A stretch of DNA of 44,559 nt from Candidatus Magasanikiibacteriota bacterium (GCA_903893485.1 CAITMK010000001.1:1-44559); one strand, 5' to 3'. Counted from the first letter of the stretch, positions 28,357-38,690 are shown. Notes: generated by a model not told the origin, from the letters alone. Numbers and translations: made by a program.

Positions 28357-28480
28357 ACTGTATTTGTTTCCTGCTGGTTATGGTGCAGGTAACAAAAAAC
28401 CAGAAGTTGTGTACAATCGTATCCCTTACGGGACGCATCGTGCGCAGCTTCTGATTTCTCCCCTCCAGAAAAATCGAGTC
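28357..28480 (-). promoter_or_regulatory. Structured rpsJ-rplC spacer (candidate attenuator / ribosomal leader)
   Basis: Three hairpins; central CAGAAG...GUCCC-GUAA-GGGAU...CUUCUG followed by GUUUUUU. Confidence 0.5.
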
Positions 28481-28831
28481 TTACATTTTAATTTCGACAT
28501 CCACGCCGGCAGGTAATGGCAGAGATGTAAGGATTTCAACTGTTTTAGCAGTTGGTTCCACAATGTCAATGAGACGAGTATGCGTGCGCATCTCGAACTG
28601 TTCACGGGCATCTTTGTGAACAAAAGTTGAACGGTTAACAGTAAACTTCTTAATATTAGTAGGAAGTGGTACTGGACCCTTAACTTTTGCTCCAGAGCGT
28701 TCTACGGCCTCAATAATTGAGCGTGTTGCCACGTCAATAATTTTGTGATCGTACGCACGAACTTTTAAGCGAATGCGTTGCCCTGCGATCTCTTCTACCT
28801 TCTTTGTTTTGTCTGATACAACGGTACTCAT
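28481..28831 (-). CDS. rpsJ: 30S ribosomal protein S10
   Basis: [32 protein letters not shown]; GGAG SD before MSTVVS. Confidence 0.98.
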   Translation of the reverse strand: MSTVVSDKTKKVEEIAGQRIRLKVRAYDHKIIDVATRSIIEAVERSGAKVKGPVPLPTNIKKFTVNRSTFVHKDAREQFEMRTHTRLIDIVEPTAKTVEILTSLPLPAGVDVEIKM

Positions 28832-28914
28832 GTGATTTTCTCCAGCCGCAATCGGTGGAGTATGACATGTTGCTGAGGCGAACCCCAGCAACACGCTGAC
28901 TCAATCGATTACGA

Positions 28915-30105
28915 TTATTTAATAATTTTTGTTACAACACCTGCACCAACTGTGCGGCCACCTTCACGGATAGCAAAGCGCATTTGGTCTTCCACAGCAA
29001 CTGGAGTAATGAGTTTAACAACCATTTTCATGTTGTCACCTGGCATTACCATTTCAGTACCTTCTGGAAGTGTTACTTCACCGGTTACGTCAGTTGTACG
29101 GATGTAAAACTGAGGTTTGTAGCCGTTAAAGAAAGGCTTGTGGCGACCACCTTCTTCTTTGGTAAGTGCATAAACCTGCACTTCAAATTCAGTGTGCGGC
29201 TTGATTGAACCTGGCTTAGCAAGAACCATACCACGTTCAACTTCTTCTTTCTTGATACCACGGAGGAGGAGACCTGCGTTATCACCAGCCATACCTTCTT
29301 CGAGCTGTTTATTAAACATTTCGATACCGGTTACAACTGTTGCGCGAGTATCTGCGAGACCAACCAATTCAACGGCTTCGTTGATTTTGACCATGCCACG
29401 TTCGATACGGCCAGTTACTACAGTACCACGGCCTTCAATTGAGAACACATCTTCAATAGGCATGAGGAATGGCTTGTCTGTTGCACGTTCTGGGGTTGGA
29501 ATAAAGGAGTCCAAAGCTGCCAAAAGGTCGAGAACAGGCTTTGCAGCACCTTCTTTGTCACCTGGGTTTTCAAGAGCCTTGAGAGCTGAACCACGGATGA
29601 TTGGAGTTGTTGCACCTGGGAATTCGTATTTGTTAAGCAAATCGCGAACTTCTTCTTCAACAAGGTCGATAAGTTCCAAGTCTGAAACCATGTCGCATTT
29701 GTTAAGGAAAACTACGATATATGGAACGCCAACCTGACGAGCGAGCAAAATATGTTCGCGAGTCTGAGGCATTGGACCATCAGTTGCTGATACTACGAGA
29801 ATTGCGCCGTCCATCTGAGCAGCACCAGTGATCATGTTTTTCACATAGTCAGCATGGCCTGGACAGTCAACGTGAGCGTAATGACGAGCAATGGATTCGT
29901 ATTCAACGTGTGCGGTTGAAATAGTAATACCACGTGCTTTTTCTTCTGGAGCGCCGTCAATTTCGTCAACCTTCTTTTGGGTTGCTGCGAAACCAGCTGC
30001 GGTTGACACTGCCAAAATAGCAGCAGTCAATGTTGTTTTGCCGTGATCAACGTGGCCGATAGTACCAACGTTAACATGAGGTTTTGTGCGTTCGAATTTT
30101 GCCAT
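28915..30105 (-). CDS. tuf: Elongation factor Tu
   Basis: [26 protein letters not shown]. Confidence 0.99.
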   Translation of the reverse strand: MAKFERTKPHVNVGTIGHVDHGKTTLTAAILAVSTAAGFAATQKKVDEIDGAPEEKARGITISTAHVEYESIARHYAHVDCPGHADYVKNMITGAAQMDGAILVVSATDGPMPQTREHILLARQVGVPYIVVFLNKCDMVSDLELIDLVEEEVRDLLNKYEFPGATTPIIRGSALKALENPGDKEGAAKPVLDLLAALDSFIPTPERATDKPFLMPIEDVFSIEGRGTVVTGRIERGMVKINEAVELVGLADTRATVVTGIEMFNKQLEEGMAGDNAGLLLRGIKKEEVERGMVLAKPGSIKPHTEFEVQVYALTKEEGGRHKPFFNGYKPQFYIRTTDVTGEVTLPEGTEMVMPGDNMKMVVKLITPVAVEDQMRFAIREGGRTVGAGVVTKIIK

Positions 30106-30166
30106 AGGCTAGGTGAATTCGGGGCTTAATTAAGGGAAATATTATGTGTTTCCGAAAGTGAGCAGT

Positions 30167-30262
30167 ACTATACCAGAGAACTCAATTCTCTGCAAGTGGG
30201 GATAAACTGAGCGCTTTTGGAACTTGCTCGATTAGTTTAGCGCAGATTAATGAGCTTGTCAA
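30167..30262 (-). promoter_or_regulatory. Tandem sigma70 promoters for tuf-S10-spc
   Basis: P1 TTGACA-17-TAAACT (30262-30234); P2 TTGCAG-17-TATAGT (30195-30167). Confidence 0.7.
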
Positions 30263-30269
30263 GCGGGTT

Positions 30270-30845
30270 TTATTGAGGTAGCGCGTAGCGTACCAACCCT
30301 CCTGCCCGAGCCACCAAAAATATAGCGTCTGCAAGGTGCGGCGGTGCGCCTATATCGGCCATAAGTGCGCCTAATGCACCATCAATGTTGAGCGGAATAG
30401 TTTTATTTTTTTGTGTGCTCAATTCTGCAGCCACGGCGCGTGCAAAATTAAAATGCGGTGTTGCAGATAATAATTTTGTTGTGGCCGCATATATTTTTTC
30501 TGTACGTTCATCGATTTCATAAATTCTATGGCCAACGCCAGGAATTATTTGTTGTGAAGCAATAAAATCTGCTGGTGAAATTTTATTTTGTACTGCCGCA
30601 ATCCAATTGTGTGCCGCGGCGCTTCCTGCATTTCCATGCACAGGACCGAGCGTTAAAAGTCCTGCGACAATTTGCTGCGCAAAAATTTTGTTGTCTGCTG
30701 CAGCAGCGCGTGTTGCCGCGGCGCTTGGTGAATCAGGGCCATTATCAATGCAAAGTGTCAGGCACAACTCTAATAATTCTGATTGAATTTCAGTTGGCGC
30801 GGTGCCAGTCCAATTTTTCCAAAGTTCTGCAACAAAAGTATTCAT
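30270..30845 (-). CDS. Citryl-CoA lyase-like protein (citrate synthase fold)
   Basis: IDNGPDSPSA, LGPVHGNA, IPGVGHR, LNIDG motifs. Confidence 0.85.
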   Translation of the reverse strand: MNTFVAELWKNWTGTAPTEIQSELLELCLTLCIDNGPDSPSAAATRAAAADNKIFAQQIVAGLLTLGPVHGNAGSAAAHNWIAAVQNKISPADFIASQQIIPGVGHRIYEIDERTEKIYAATTKLLSATPHFNFARAVAAELSTQKNKTIPLNIDGALGALMADIGAPPHLADAIFLVARAGGLVRYALPQ

Positions 30846-31684
30846 AGATGTTTCACAAATTCTTCAACGGTTTGTGTGCACACCATACCATATTTTTCTA
30901 GCGATGCAATATCCGCAACGCCATCATCTAATAGTGCACCAGCATGCCCGTACGCAATACCTTTTGGCAGTAGCGCCATTGAATGACCCGCAATAAGAAG
31001 TACAATTTTTTTATTGTACATAGTTGGCGTAAATAAAAATGGGTTGCCATGCTCGATAAAAATACCAATGGTTTTAATTTCTGGTTCAGTATCCAAGCGT
31101 GCAACCATTTCTGCGATTGATGTTGCAGGTACGAGCGCACCACCAACGCCCCACGCACTGTGTATCCCAATTTTTTCTGCGACACACGCGTGTAGTAATT
31201 CATTAAGCATTCCGCCTGATGAAGAAATAAGTGCAACGTCACCGGTGGTAAGATTTTCAAATGGATGTTCGCCACCTAAATATCCAATGCGCACGCCGGA
31301 TGAGATTACACCAATAGATCCGGGGCCCAAAATGAATGCGCCATGCGTGCGTGCCGCTGTACGAATCAAAATACAATCTCGCACCGGAACCAAATCTGTT
31401 AGCAGATGAATGAATGTAATACCCGCAGCGAGCGCTTCCTGCACAGCGCCAAGCGCCGCAAGTGGCGGCACCACCGTACAAGAAATTGTTGCGCGAGGAA
31501 ATTGTATACGCGCGTCTGAAACGGAATTAAAAATTGGCGTGCCAAAAATTTCTTGGCCACCCTTACCTGGCGTCACACCCGCAACCACGCGCGCGCCAGC
31601 TTGTTTCATCCACGCCAACATACGGCTGCCTTCCGCACCCGTTGCGCCCTGCAAAATAATTTCGTCGTGCGAATTAAAAATCAT
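30842..31684 (-). CDS. CoA-binding/phospho-His subunit (SucD / AclA N-terminal-like)
   Basis: QGATG, AGVTPGKGG, SSSGGM, YGHAGA (phosphorylated His). Confidence 0.88.
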   Translation of the reverse strand: MIFNSHDEIILQGATGAEGSRMLAWMKQAGARVVAGVTPGKGGQEIFGTPIFNSVSDARIQFPRATISCTVVPPLAALGAVQEALAAGITFIHLLTDLVPVRDCILIRTAARTHGAFILGPGSIGVISSGVRIGYLGGEHPFENLTTGDVALISSSGGMLNELLHACVAEKIGIHSAWGVGGALVPATSIAEMVARLDTEPEIKTIGIFIEHGNPFLFTPTMYNKKIVLLIAGHSMALLPKGIAYGHAGALLDDGVADIASLEKYGMVCTQTVEEFVKHL

Positions 31685-32622
31685 ATCAGAAGTTTTGCAG
31701 ATTCAGAAAACGAAATATCTATGCGATCAAAAATTAATTTGATATCATTTCTTTCTGCCCACGCGAATGCATAATTTTCTGCTTCAGTGGTGAGTGGTCC
31801 ATCACGACGAATAATAATTGGACAGGATAATTTTGCAACTTCATATGCATCTAACACTGCGCGCACGGTTTCAAAAACATTGGTGAAATTTGCGTGAGAG
31901 CCTGCGATCCATACGGCGATAATTTTTGGCGCGCTCAAAACTTGTGCGGCGATTGCACGCACCGCGCCGTACGAAGGATTACCACTGATCTCTGTAAAAT
32001 TTGCCGGCCGCGCACCCGCAGCAAATAATGCATCAAGCGCGAGCAAACTTGCGCCACCGCCAAAAAAAATGCAGGCAATATTCCCATCCAACAAAATATT
32101 TTTTGGTGTAATACCGGATTGCTTATACAAAGCCCATTCTGGATGTCGCGCCGCAGCTGCATCATCTAACTCAACTTTTGCATCAAGCGCAATTAACGTT
32201 CCTGCAACCTCAACAAGTGGATTAATTTCAATAAGTGTTGCATCATTTTTTTTGGCGGCCGCAAGCAGCGCGCGTGCAATCGCAGAAAATTTTTCTGGAA
32301 TATTCGTAGTCATGTCTGCGGGTGTAACCGCACCACCGCCAACCTCAGAAAATAAAATTTGATAGTCACCCACTGCACGATCAATCGTACATGCAATATA
32401 AAATTCTTTTTCATGCACAATAAATTCTTCACACAAAAATTTTTTACCACGTTCATCTTCAGTTAATTCCACTTCCGATTGAATATGCCGAATCAATCCG
32501 CGTTCACCACGCCGACCGCTCAAAATTTGCGGTTTTACTACTGCGGGAAATACAAATTCGCGCGGCGCTGCGATTCCCGCATCACGCAAGATTTTTTTTC
32601 CGTCACGTTCAAGTAATTTCAT
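31681..32622 (-). CDS. ATP-grasp subunit, ATP-citrate lyase beta (AclB/CcsB)-like
   Basis: VVKPQ..GRRG, IEINPL, LDAKVELDD, GGGAS, ANFTEISGNP, ANFTNV, IRRDGP (ACL citrate-binding domain signature). Confidence 0.85.
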   Translation of the reverse strand: MKLLERDGKKILRDAGIAAPREFVFPAVVKPQILSGRRGERGLIRHIQSEVELTEDERGKKFLCEEFIVHEKEFYIACTIDRAVGDYQILFSEVGGGAVTPADMTTNIPEKFSAIARALLAAAKKNDATLIEINPLVEVAGTLIALDAKVELDDAAAARHPEWALYKQSGITPKNILLDGNIACIFFGGGASLLALDALFAAGARPANFTEISGNPSYGAVRAIAAQVLSAPKIIAVWIAGSHANFTNVFETVRAVLDAYEVAKLSCPIIIRRDGPLTTEAENYAFAWAERNDIKLIFDRIDISFSESAKLLI

Positions 32623-32625
32623 GAA

Positions 32626-32783
32626 TTATTTTGTAATAAGCGCGCTCAAATCATATTGCGTCCGAGCAGCGCTATAAACAGCATCCGACCACGCCGTAAT
32701 AACATATTCCGGACACATGTGTCAAAAAAGCCATCAAAACTATCCACCAGATCAACACGCTGTGTGATAATAATCGGCTTCAT
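32626..32783 (-). pseudogene. Internally deleted glycosyltransferase (GT4-like) relic
   Basis: MKPIIITQRVDLVDSFDGFF, then in another frame HMCPEYVITAW...YDLSALITK*; the last part resembles HDLAGLVKK of the GT at 43879. Confidence 0.6.
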
Positions 32784-32798
32784 ATGAGATAACGATAA

Positions 32799-34295
32799 TT
32801 AATGTGGTAAATAGTGCACGTGTGTTAATAAAAAATATTTAATAACCCGCTCAAGATGGATTTGTGTTTCTTCAAGCGATCCTTCAGTAGAAATTTTTGC
32901 CACACAAGGAAGACGCTTTTGGGCATGCAGATAATACATTTCTACAGCAGCTGCCGTTAATTCCCCTTTTCGTTCTATAACAGTCGCTGGTGTGGCGGTG
33001 AGTAGAATCGTTTGAACCTTCGGTGGAAATAACCATTTCAATAACGGCCATAACCAAAACGCAGAATCAGCTCTTTGCAAAAACGGATCATAAAATGAGC
33101 GATCGAGAAGTATGAGTGGAGCGGTGTTTCGCCGCAATAACCGTTCATAAGCAAATCGCAACCCCGGCAAACTCTCACGCCATTTTGCTGAAATACGCTC
33201 ACGAATACTCCAATGTCCTACAGGAGGAATCCACCCCTCACGTGCAAAACGCCATGCATGAATAAAACGTTTGGGGAAAATATTAAGTACATCATCCTCA
33301 CAAACCCGTTCGATGTTTGAAAGTAATGTCGTCTTACCGACGCCATCAGGCCCAGTAACCGCAATTTGTACAGGTGCATGTCTCATTGTTTTTTCTATTC
33401 TTAATCTAGTACGGCTCACAGGTACTGCCAAATGTACATCCAAGATTTGTAAATCAAACAAACTATATACATATACCTTCACGTTATCACGCGAATGAAA
33501 AAAAATGCGATGATCGAGATGCGTATGATTGATTGCTTGTACAACAAGTGACAGATGTTGCAAATTTGGAACATAAATATCAACATCTTCACCTGGAACA
33601 TCTGCGATATGTTCAAACTCGACACTTGGAATTTCTTTCACGATATCCCGCACCGAAAACGCCGTTAAAAACGGTTGCATATACGACACCAGCTCTTGAG
33701 GGGCATGCACACGTGCAAGTACCTCACGAACTTCCGCAGCGGTAAAAAGATACATGAGCCGAGGAATAAATTTTCTATAGTCACTAACTCGATCCTGCGC
33801 CTCATGCGTAACTTGCACGTCTTCAAAATCGATTAGATAGAGCCGACCTTCATTTGTAACCAACACATTTTTAGGCTTAAGATCCCCATGAACAATTCCC
33901 GCATTATGCATCTGGACAACGAGTGAAAAAGCTCGAATTAATAAATCAAGTCTTCCAACCACAGAAACTTCATCGATAATAGCCTGTACCAGATCTCGTG
34001 TGTGAGGTAAATATCGGTACTTAACATAAGTATCTGCAAGAATAAAATCTGGCATATATTCGCCAAGTCCACGTACTTTCATTTCGTTATGAATTGCAAG
34101 AAAACTCTTAAACGGCCGATCCCTCCGGAATAAAAAATGAATATTCCAACATTTATACACAAAAGTGCCGTATCGAAACGTAAGACAGTCACCGTTTGCA
34201 CTTTTAAAAAACTCAATTTGAGGTGACCAAAAAAATACTGCGCGAAGCATGGAGTACGTACACGAATTAAAGATATTGCGAAATATTCTCTTCAT
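32799..34295 (-). CDS. Fusion: Kdo/WaaP/RIO-like kinase + nucleotidyltransferase-like segment + thymidylate-kinase-like P-loop domain
   Basis: HGDLKPKN and IDFE; GEDVDIYV; AVTGPDGVGKTT, LLDRSFYD, ERKGEL. Confidence 0.75.
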   Translation of the reverse strand: MKRIFRNIFNSCTYSMLRAVFFWSPQIEFFKSANGDCLTFRYGTFVYKCWNIHFLFRRDRPFKSFLAIHNEMKVRGLGEYMPDFILADTYVKYRYLPHTRDLVQAIIDEVSVVGRLDLLIRAFSLVVQMHNAGIVHGDLKPKNVLVTNEGRLYLIDFEDVQVTHEAQDRVSDYRKFIPRLMYLFTAAEVREVLARVHAPQELVSYMQPFLTAFSVRDIVKEIPSVEFEHIADVPGEDVDIYVPNLQHLSLVVQAINHTHLDHRIFFHSRDNVKVYVYSLFDLQILDVHLAVPVSRTRLRIEKTMRHAPVQIAVTGPDGVGKTTLLSNIERVCEDDVLNIFPKRFIHAWRFAREGWIPPVGHWSIRERISAKWRESLPGLRFAYERLLRRNTAPLILLDRSFYDPFLQRADSAFWLWPLLKWLFPPKVQTILLTATPATVIERKGELTAAAVEMYYLHAQKRLPCVAKISTEGSLEETQIHLERVIKYFLLTHVHYLPH

Positions 34296-34374
34296 AATTT
34301 GTTGATACTACAACACGAACGCCTCCGACACAAACATTCTACTATACACAGGTCGAAAGGCACGTACCTACATC

Positions 34375-36036
34375 TTACCACTTTTCGACTGATCGCCCAT
34401 ACCCAATATGCAGAAATGGACTGTCCTTTTGCGCAACACCACGTGCCCCTTCAAAATATTGATTAAATTTGCGCATATACGCCGGCTCCTGGGATCGTCT
34501 GTTGATACTGTCATCGCATAATCGTCCTACACGCTCCACTGCAGAATATCGAATCAGCCCACAACTGTTTGCATATATGCCTTCACCATTTCCTTGACTC
34601 TCAAGAACTCTATAGCGGTGATGCAGGCTACGTGTTTCAAAAACATCAGCAGAAAGAATACGTTCATGGATCTTATATGCTTCATTCCACGCACGATAAT
34701 CACCCGGATATTTGCGCTCAAGTCTAACAATGCCCACATGCCCATCTTCATCCAAAATATCAAGCGCGTGCAGGATAAAATTATCCGTAAATTCACACAC
34801 CCAGTCATCTTCAACATTCAACAAATACGTTCCTTGTGATTCTTCAAACCAAAATCGATTAATGTTATAAGAAATCCCTCGATTTACTTCATTAAAAAAT
34901 ATTTTATCAAAAAGTGTATTTTTTTTCGCCCAAACTTCTATTTCAGGATTCAGTCCGTCATGAAAAAAAAGTACTTCATACGCAAAACTTGAGCCAAAGC
35001 GCACAAGATATTCATTAAGCGACGCACATGTTCTCTCGAGCAAGTCAAAACGACCACACCCAAAAACACCAATAGATACCATCTTTTTTCGCTTTGAGGT
35101 TGTAGATAACTCCCCACGCTTCCCTTTTTTTTCAAGCTGTATCGCCGTAAGTGCGGTCCTTGAAATGAGTGTTGGTTTTTGCCTCCGAGAAAATAAAAGT
35201 ATTATGGCACGCGCAAACATATTATTTCTTCTTCGATCAAGCCCAGCGTATATGCGACGCATATTCCATCTTGTACTCTCTATCCGATATTGACCATGAA
35301 TAATTTGTTGAAATATTTGTATGGTTGTATCGCGGTTAATTTCCATACGTGGCAAGCAGTGCACGTTGCTGTCCAGCGTCACATAATTCTCGGCGGTTGA
35401 AACCGCGGAGGTAAAACCAATTTTTTTTACAAGCTTATGTAATCTATGATTCTCTCCGCCATATGGATACGCAAAATGCAGTGCCGGCTTGCCAATAAGC
35501 AATTCCACATCTTTTTTTGAACCGTTAATTTCATGGAAGGCTTCAGTGTCTGATAAATCAGTCAAACGAACATGTGTTTTGGTGTGTCCACCGAAATCAA
35601 CAATCCCTGAGACTGCAAGTTCCTGAATTTCATTTTGAGTCAGGTATGGAATGAAAGCGTGATTTATCTTTGCCGTATGAATGCTGCCTGTTATCAAATA
35701 CATTGTCGAAGGAAACTGATATTGTTGTAAAAAAGGAAATGCATCTGAATAAAAATCATGATATCCATCATCAAATGTGATCACCACCGCCCCTCTGAGC
35801 AGTTCCTTTGCAGCAAGTCGACGCGTCAGCTCATCGAGTGAAATCACATCGATATGGTTATCAGCTAGTAACGCCATTTGTTTTTTAAAATCTTCTGGAG
35901 ATGTTGACCAAAAATAATCATTCCGGTTACTTACAGAGTGATACATAAGTATTGTTGCCCAATCTGTTTTAGGCAACTGAAACCATTTTGTGATCACCCT
36001 CAAAAAAGGTCGTGCACGACTTATCAGCCATCTCAT
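34375..36036 (-). CDS. Polysaccharide deacetylase (NodB/CE4) fused to a GT-A/GT2-like domain
   Basis: ILMYH, ITFDDGY, GHTKTH, FAYPYG; then NRGISYN, LNVEDDW, HIG; start likely MRWLIS. Confidence 0.85.
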   Translation of the reverse strand: MRWLISRARPFLRVITKWFQLPKTDWATILMYHSVSNRNDYFWSTSPEDFKKQMALLADNHIDVISLDELTRRLAAKELLRGAVVITFDDGYHDFYSDAFPFLQQYQFPSTMYLITGSIHTAKINHAFIPYLTQNEIQELAVSGIVDFGGHTKTHVRLTDLSDTEAFHEINGSKKDVELLIGKPALHFAYPYGGENHRLHKLVKKIGFTSAVSTAENYVTLDSNVHCLPRMEINRDTTIQIFQQIIHGQYRIESTRWNMRRIYAGLDRRRNNMFARAIILLFSRRQKPTLISRTALTAIQLEKKGKRGELSTTSKRKKMVSIGVFGCGRFDLLERTCASLNEYLVRFGSSFAYEVLFFHDGLNPEIEVWAKKNTLFDKIFFNEVNRGISYNINRFWFEESQGTYLLNVEDDWVCEFTDNFILHALDILDEDGHVGIVRLERKYPGDYRAWNEAYKIHERILSADVFETRSLHHRYRVLESQGNGEGIYANSCGLIRYSAVERVGRLCDDSINRRSQEPAYMRKFNQYFEGARGVAQKDSPFLHIGYGRSVEKW

Positions 36037-36090
36037 ATAATGAGAATATCCTATCACACGACCCTTATTAGCGTAAAGTGCAACAAAACT

Positions 36091-36123
36091 TAAAAAGTCA
36101 CCTCGCAATGAGGTGACTTTTTA
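36091..36123. terminator. Intrinsic terminator after fusA
   Basis: TAAAAAGTCACCTC-GCAAT-GAGGTGACTTTTTA. Confidence 0.88.
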
Positions 36124-36137
36124 TGAAATATGCAAGA

Positions 36138-38216
36138 TTATTTCTTACGACCTTCAACAACTTCCTTCGCAACGTTCTGCGGAACTTCAGCGTAATGGCC
36201 AAATTCCATTGAGTACGATGCGCGACCCTGTGTCATGGAACGAAGTTCAGTTGCATAACCAAACATAGATGCAAGTGGGATTTCTGAATCCACCACTTTG
36301 GTACCCATGCGATCACGCATTTCCTTCACCACACCACGCTTAGATGAAATGTTACCGATAACATCACCCATGTTGGATTCTGGTGTCAAAACTTCTACGT
36401 TCATAACTGGTTCGAGCAAGATGAGGCCTGCTCGCTGGCAAGCTTCTTTGAATGCCATTGAACCGGCGATTTTAAACGCAGCTTCTGAAGAGTCAACTTC
36501 GTGGTATGAACCATCGTACACCGTTGCGCGAATATCGAGCATTGGATAGCCGGCCAAAACACCACGATCCATGGTTTCCTTAACACCTTTTTCGATTGGA
36601 CCAATATATTCTTTTGGAATTGAACCACCTTTGGTAGCGTCAACAAATTCAAAGCCTTTGCCTTTTTCCATTGGTTCAACTTTCATCCAGCAATGACCGT
36701 ATTGACCACGACCACCAGACTGTTTCACATATTTACCTTCAGCTTCCGCTGCGTTGCGAATTGTTTCCTTAAAAGCAACCTGAGGAGCACCCACGTTTGC
36801 TTCAACTTTAAATTCACGTTTCATGCGATCCACAATAATGTCCAAGTGCAATTCACCCATACCGGCGATAATTGTCTGCATGGTTTCTTCATCAGTATGA
36901 ACACGGAAAGTTGGATCTTCTTCAGCAAGTTTCTGCAAAGCCATGCCCATTTTTTCTTGGTCCTGCTTTGTTTTTGGTTCGATTGCCAAAGAAATAACTG
37001 GTTCAGGGAACACAATTTTTTCCATGAGCACTGGTGAGTCTTCAGCACACAAAGTATTACCTGTTGTGGTTGATTTAAGACCTACCGCAGCTGCAATATC
37101 ACCAGAGAAAACCTCTTCTACGTCTTCACGAGTGTTTGCATGCAAACGCACGATACGACCGAAGCGTTCCTTTTCACCAGTTGATGAGTTGAGCGCGTAT
37201 GAACCAGCTTTCAAGCTACCTGAGTACACGCGGAAGAAAGTAAGCTTACCCACGAATGGATCAGCTGCAACTTTAAACGCAAGTGCGGTAAACGGTTCGC
37301 TATCATCTGCATGGCGGAAGATAACTTTGGTTTCGTCATCCGGATCAGTACAACGTACTGGTGGAATGTCGAGTGGAGATGGAAGATAATCAACGATTGC
37401 ATCGAGCAAGAATTGAACACCCTTGTTCTTAAGCGCTGAGCCACAGAACACTGGTACAAATACACCAGCAATTGTTGCTTTGCGGATAATCACTTTGAGT
37501 TCGTCAACAGGGATTTCTTCACCAGCCAAATAGCGGTTCATTGCTGATTCATCGTTTTCAACGATTTTTTCAACCATGGCTGCGCGATATTCTTTTGCTT
37601 TTTCAAGCATGTCTGCTGGCACATCTTCATGGCGGAAGTCCTGACCCATTTCGTCGTAGTAAACTTCAGCTTTCATGTGCAAGAGATCGATAATACCCTT
37701 GAAACCACCTTCCTGACCGATTGGAAGCTGCATAGGTACCGCATTCTTGGTAAGGCGGTTGTGGATTGATTCCACATCCTTGTAGTAGTCAGCACCGGTA
37801 CGATCGAGCTTGTTGATGAAACATAAACGTGGAACGTTTAATTCATCAGCATAGCGCCAGTTAGTTTCTGATTGAGGTTCAACACCTGCAACACCATCAA
37901 AGATAACTGCCGCACCGTCGAGCACGCGGAGTGAACGTTTTACTTCAACCGTAAAGTCAATATGACCTGGGGTATCAATAAGGTTCATGCGAGTGTCCTT
38001 CCAGAAACAGGTGGTAGCAGCTGCAGTAATGGTAATACCACGTTCGCGTTCTTGTTCCATCCAGTCCATGGTTGCTGCACCTTCATGCACTTCACCAATT
38101 TTGTGTTTTTTACCGGTGTAAAACAAAATACGTTCTGAAACAGTGGTTTTACCTGCATCGATATGCGCGATAATACCAAAGTTACGTGTATGTAAGAGTG
38201 AGTAATCTCGGGGCAT
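36138..38216 (-). CDS. fusA: Elongation factor G
   Basis: [30 protein letters not shown]. Confidence 0.99.
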   Translation of the reverse strand: MPRDYSLLHTRNFGIIAHIDAGKTTVSERILFYTGKKHKIGEVHEGAATMDWMEQERERGITITAAATTCFWKDTRMNLIDTPGHIDFTVEVKRSLRVLDGAAVIFDGVAGVEPQSETNWRYADELNVPRLCFINKLDRTGADYYKDVESIHNRLTKNAVPMQLPIGQEGGFKGIIDLLHMKAEVYYDEMGQDFRHEDVPADMLEKAKEYRAAMVEKIVENDESAMNRYLAGEEIPVDELKVIIRKATIAGVFVPVFCGSALKNKGVQFLLDAIVDYLPSPLDIPPVRCTDPDDETKVIFRHADDSEPFTALAFKVAADPFVGKLTFFRVYSGSLKAGSYALNSSTGEKERFGRIVRLHANTREDVEEVFSGDIAAAVGLKSTTTGNTLCAEDSPVLMEKIVFPEPVISLAIEPKTKQDQEKMGMALQKLAEEDPTFRVHTDEETMQTIIAGMGELHLDIIVDRMKREFKVEANVGAPQVAFKETIRNAAEAEGKYVKQSGGRGQYGHCWMKVEPMEKGKGFEFVDATKGGSIPKEYIGPIEKGVKETMDRGVLAGYPMLDIRATVYDGSYHEVDSSEAAFKIAGSMAFKEACQRAGLILLEPVMNVEVLTPESNMGDVIGNISSKRGVVKEMRDRMGTKVVDSEIPLASMFGYATELRSMTQGRASYSMEFGHYAEVPQNVAKEVVEGRKK

Positions 38217-38222
38217 AATTGA

Positions 38223-38690
38223 TTAGTAAGCGAAGTGAGCAAATGCACGGTTTGATTCTGCCATGCGATGTACGTCTGCACGTTTCTTCATAGCATCACC
38301 TTCACCTTTTGCAGCGAGCATGAATTCTTCTGCAAGTTTGTCCTTCATCGCGCGGCCTTTTTTGGCGCGTGCGGCGTTAATGATCCAGCGCATTGCCAAA
38401 GCATTTTTGCGTTCTGGTTTAACGGGGACTGGCACCTGGTAGTTTGAACCACCAACGCGCTTTGTTTTAACTTCAACAGATGGACCAACGTTGTTCAAAG
38501 CTGCTTCGAACACTTCCATTGGATCTTTGTCTTCTTTCTTTTTTACGATATCAAAAGCACCGTACACAATTCCTTGTGCAACAGATTTTTTGCCGCTTAA
38601 CATGAGGAAGTTAATAAACTTACCCAAGGTAACATTGTTATATAACGCGTCTGGCGCTGCCTCGCGTTTTGGAGCTTGTTTACCGCGCAT
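38223..38690 (-). CDS. rpsG: 30S ribosomal protein S7
   Basis: GKKSVA, RVGGSNYQVP, HRMAESNRAFAH. Confidence 0.98.
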   Translation of the reverse strand: MRGKQAPKREAAPDALYNNVTLGKFINFLMLSGKKSVAQGIVYGAFDIVKKKEDKDPMEVFEAALNNVGPSVEVKTKRVGGSNYQVPVPVKPERKNALAMRWIINAARAKKGRAMKDKLAEEFMLAAKGEGDAMKKRADVHRMAESNRAFAHFAY

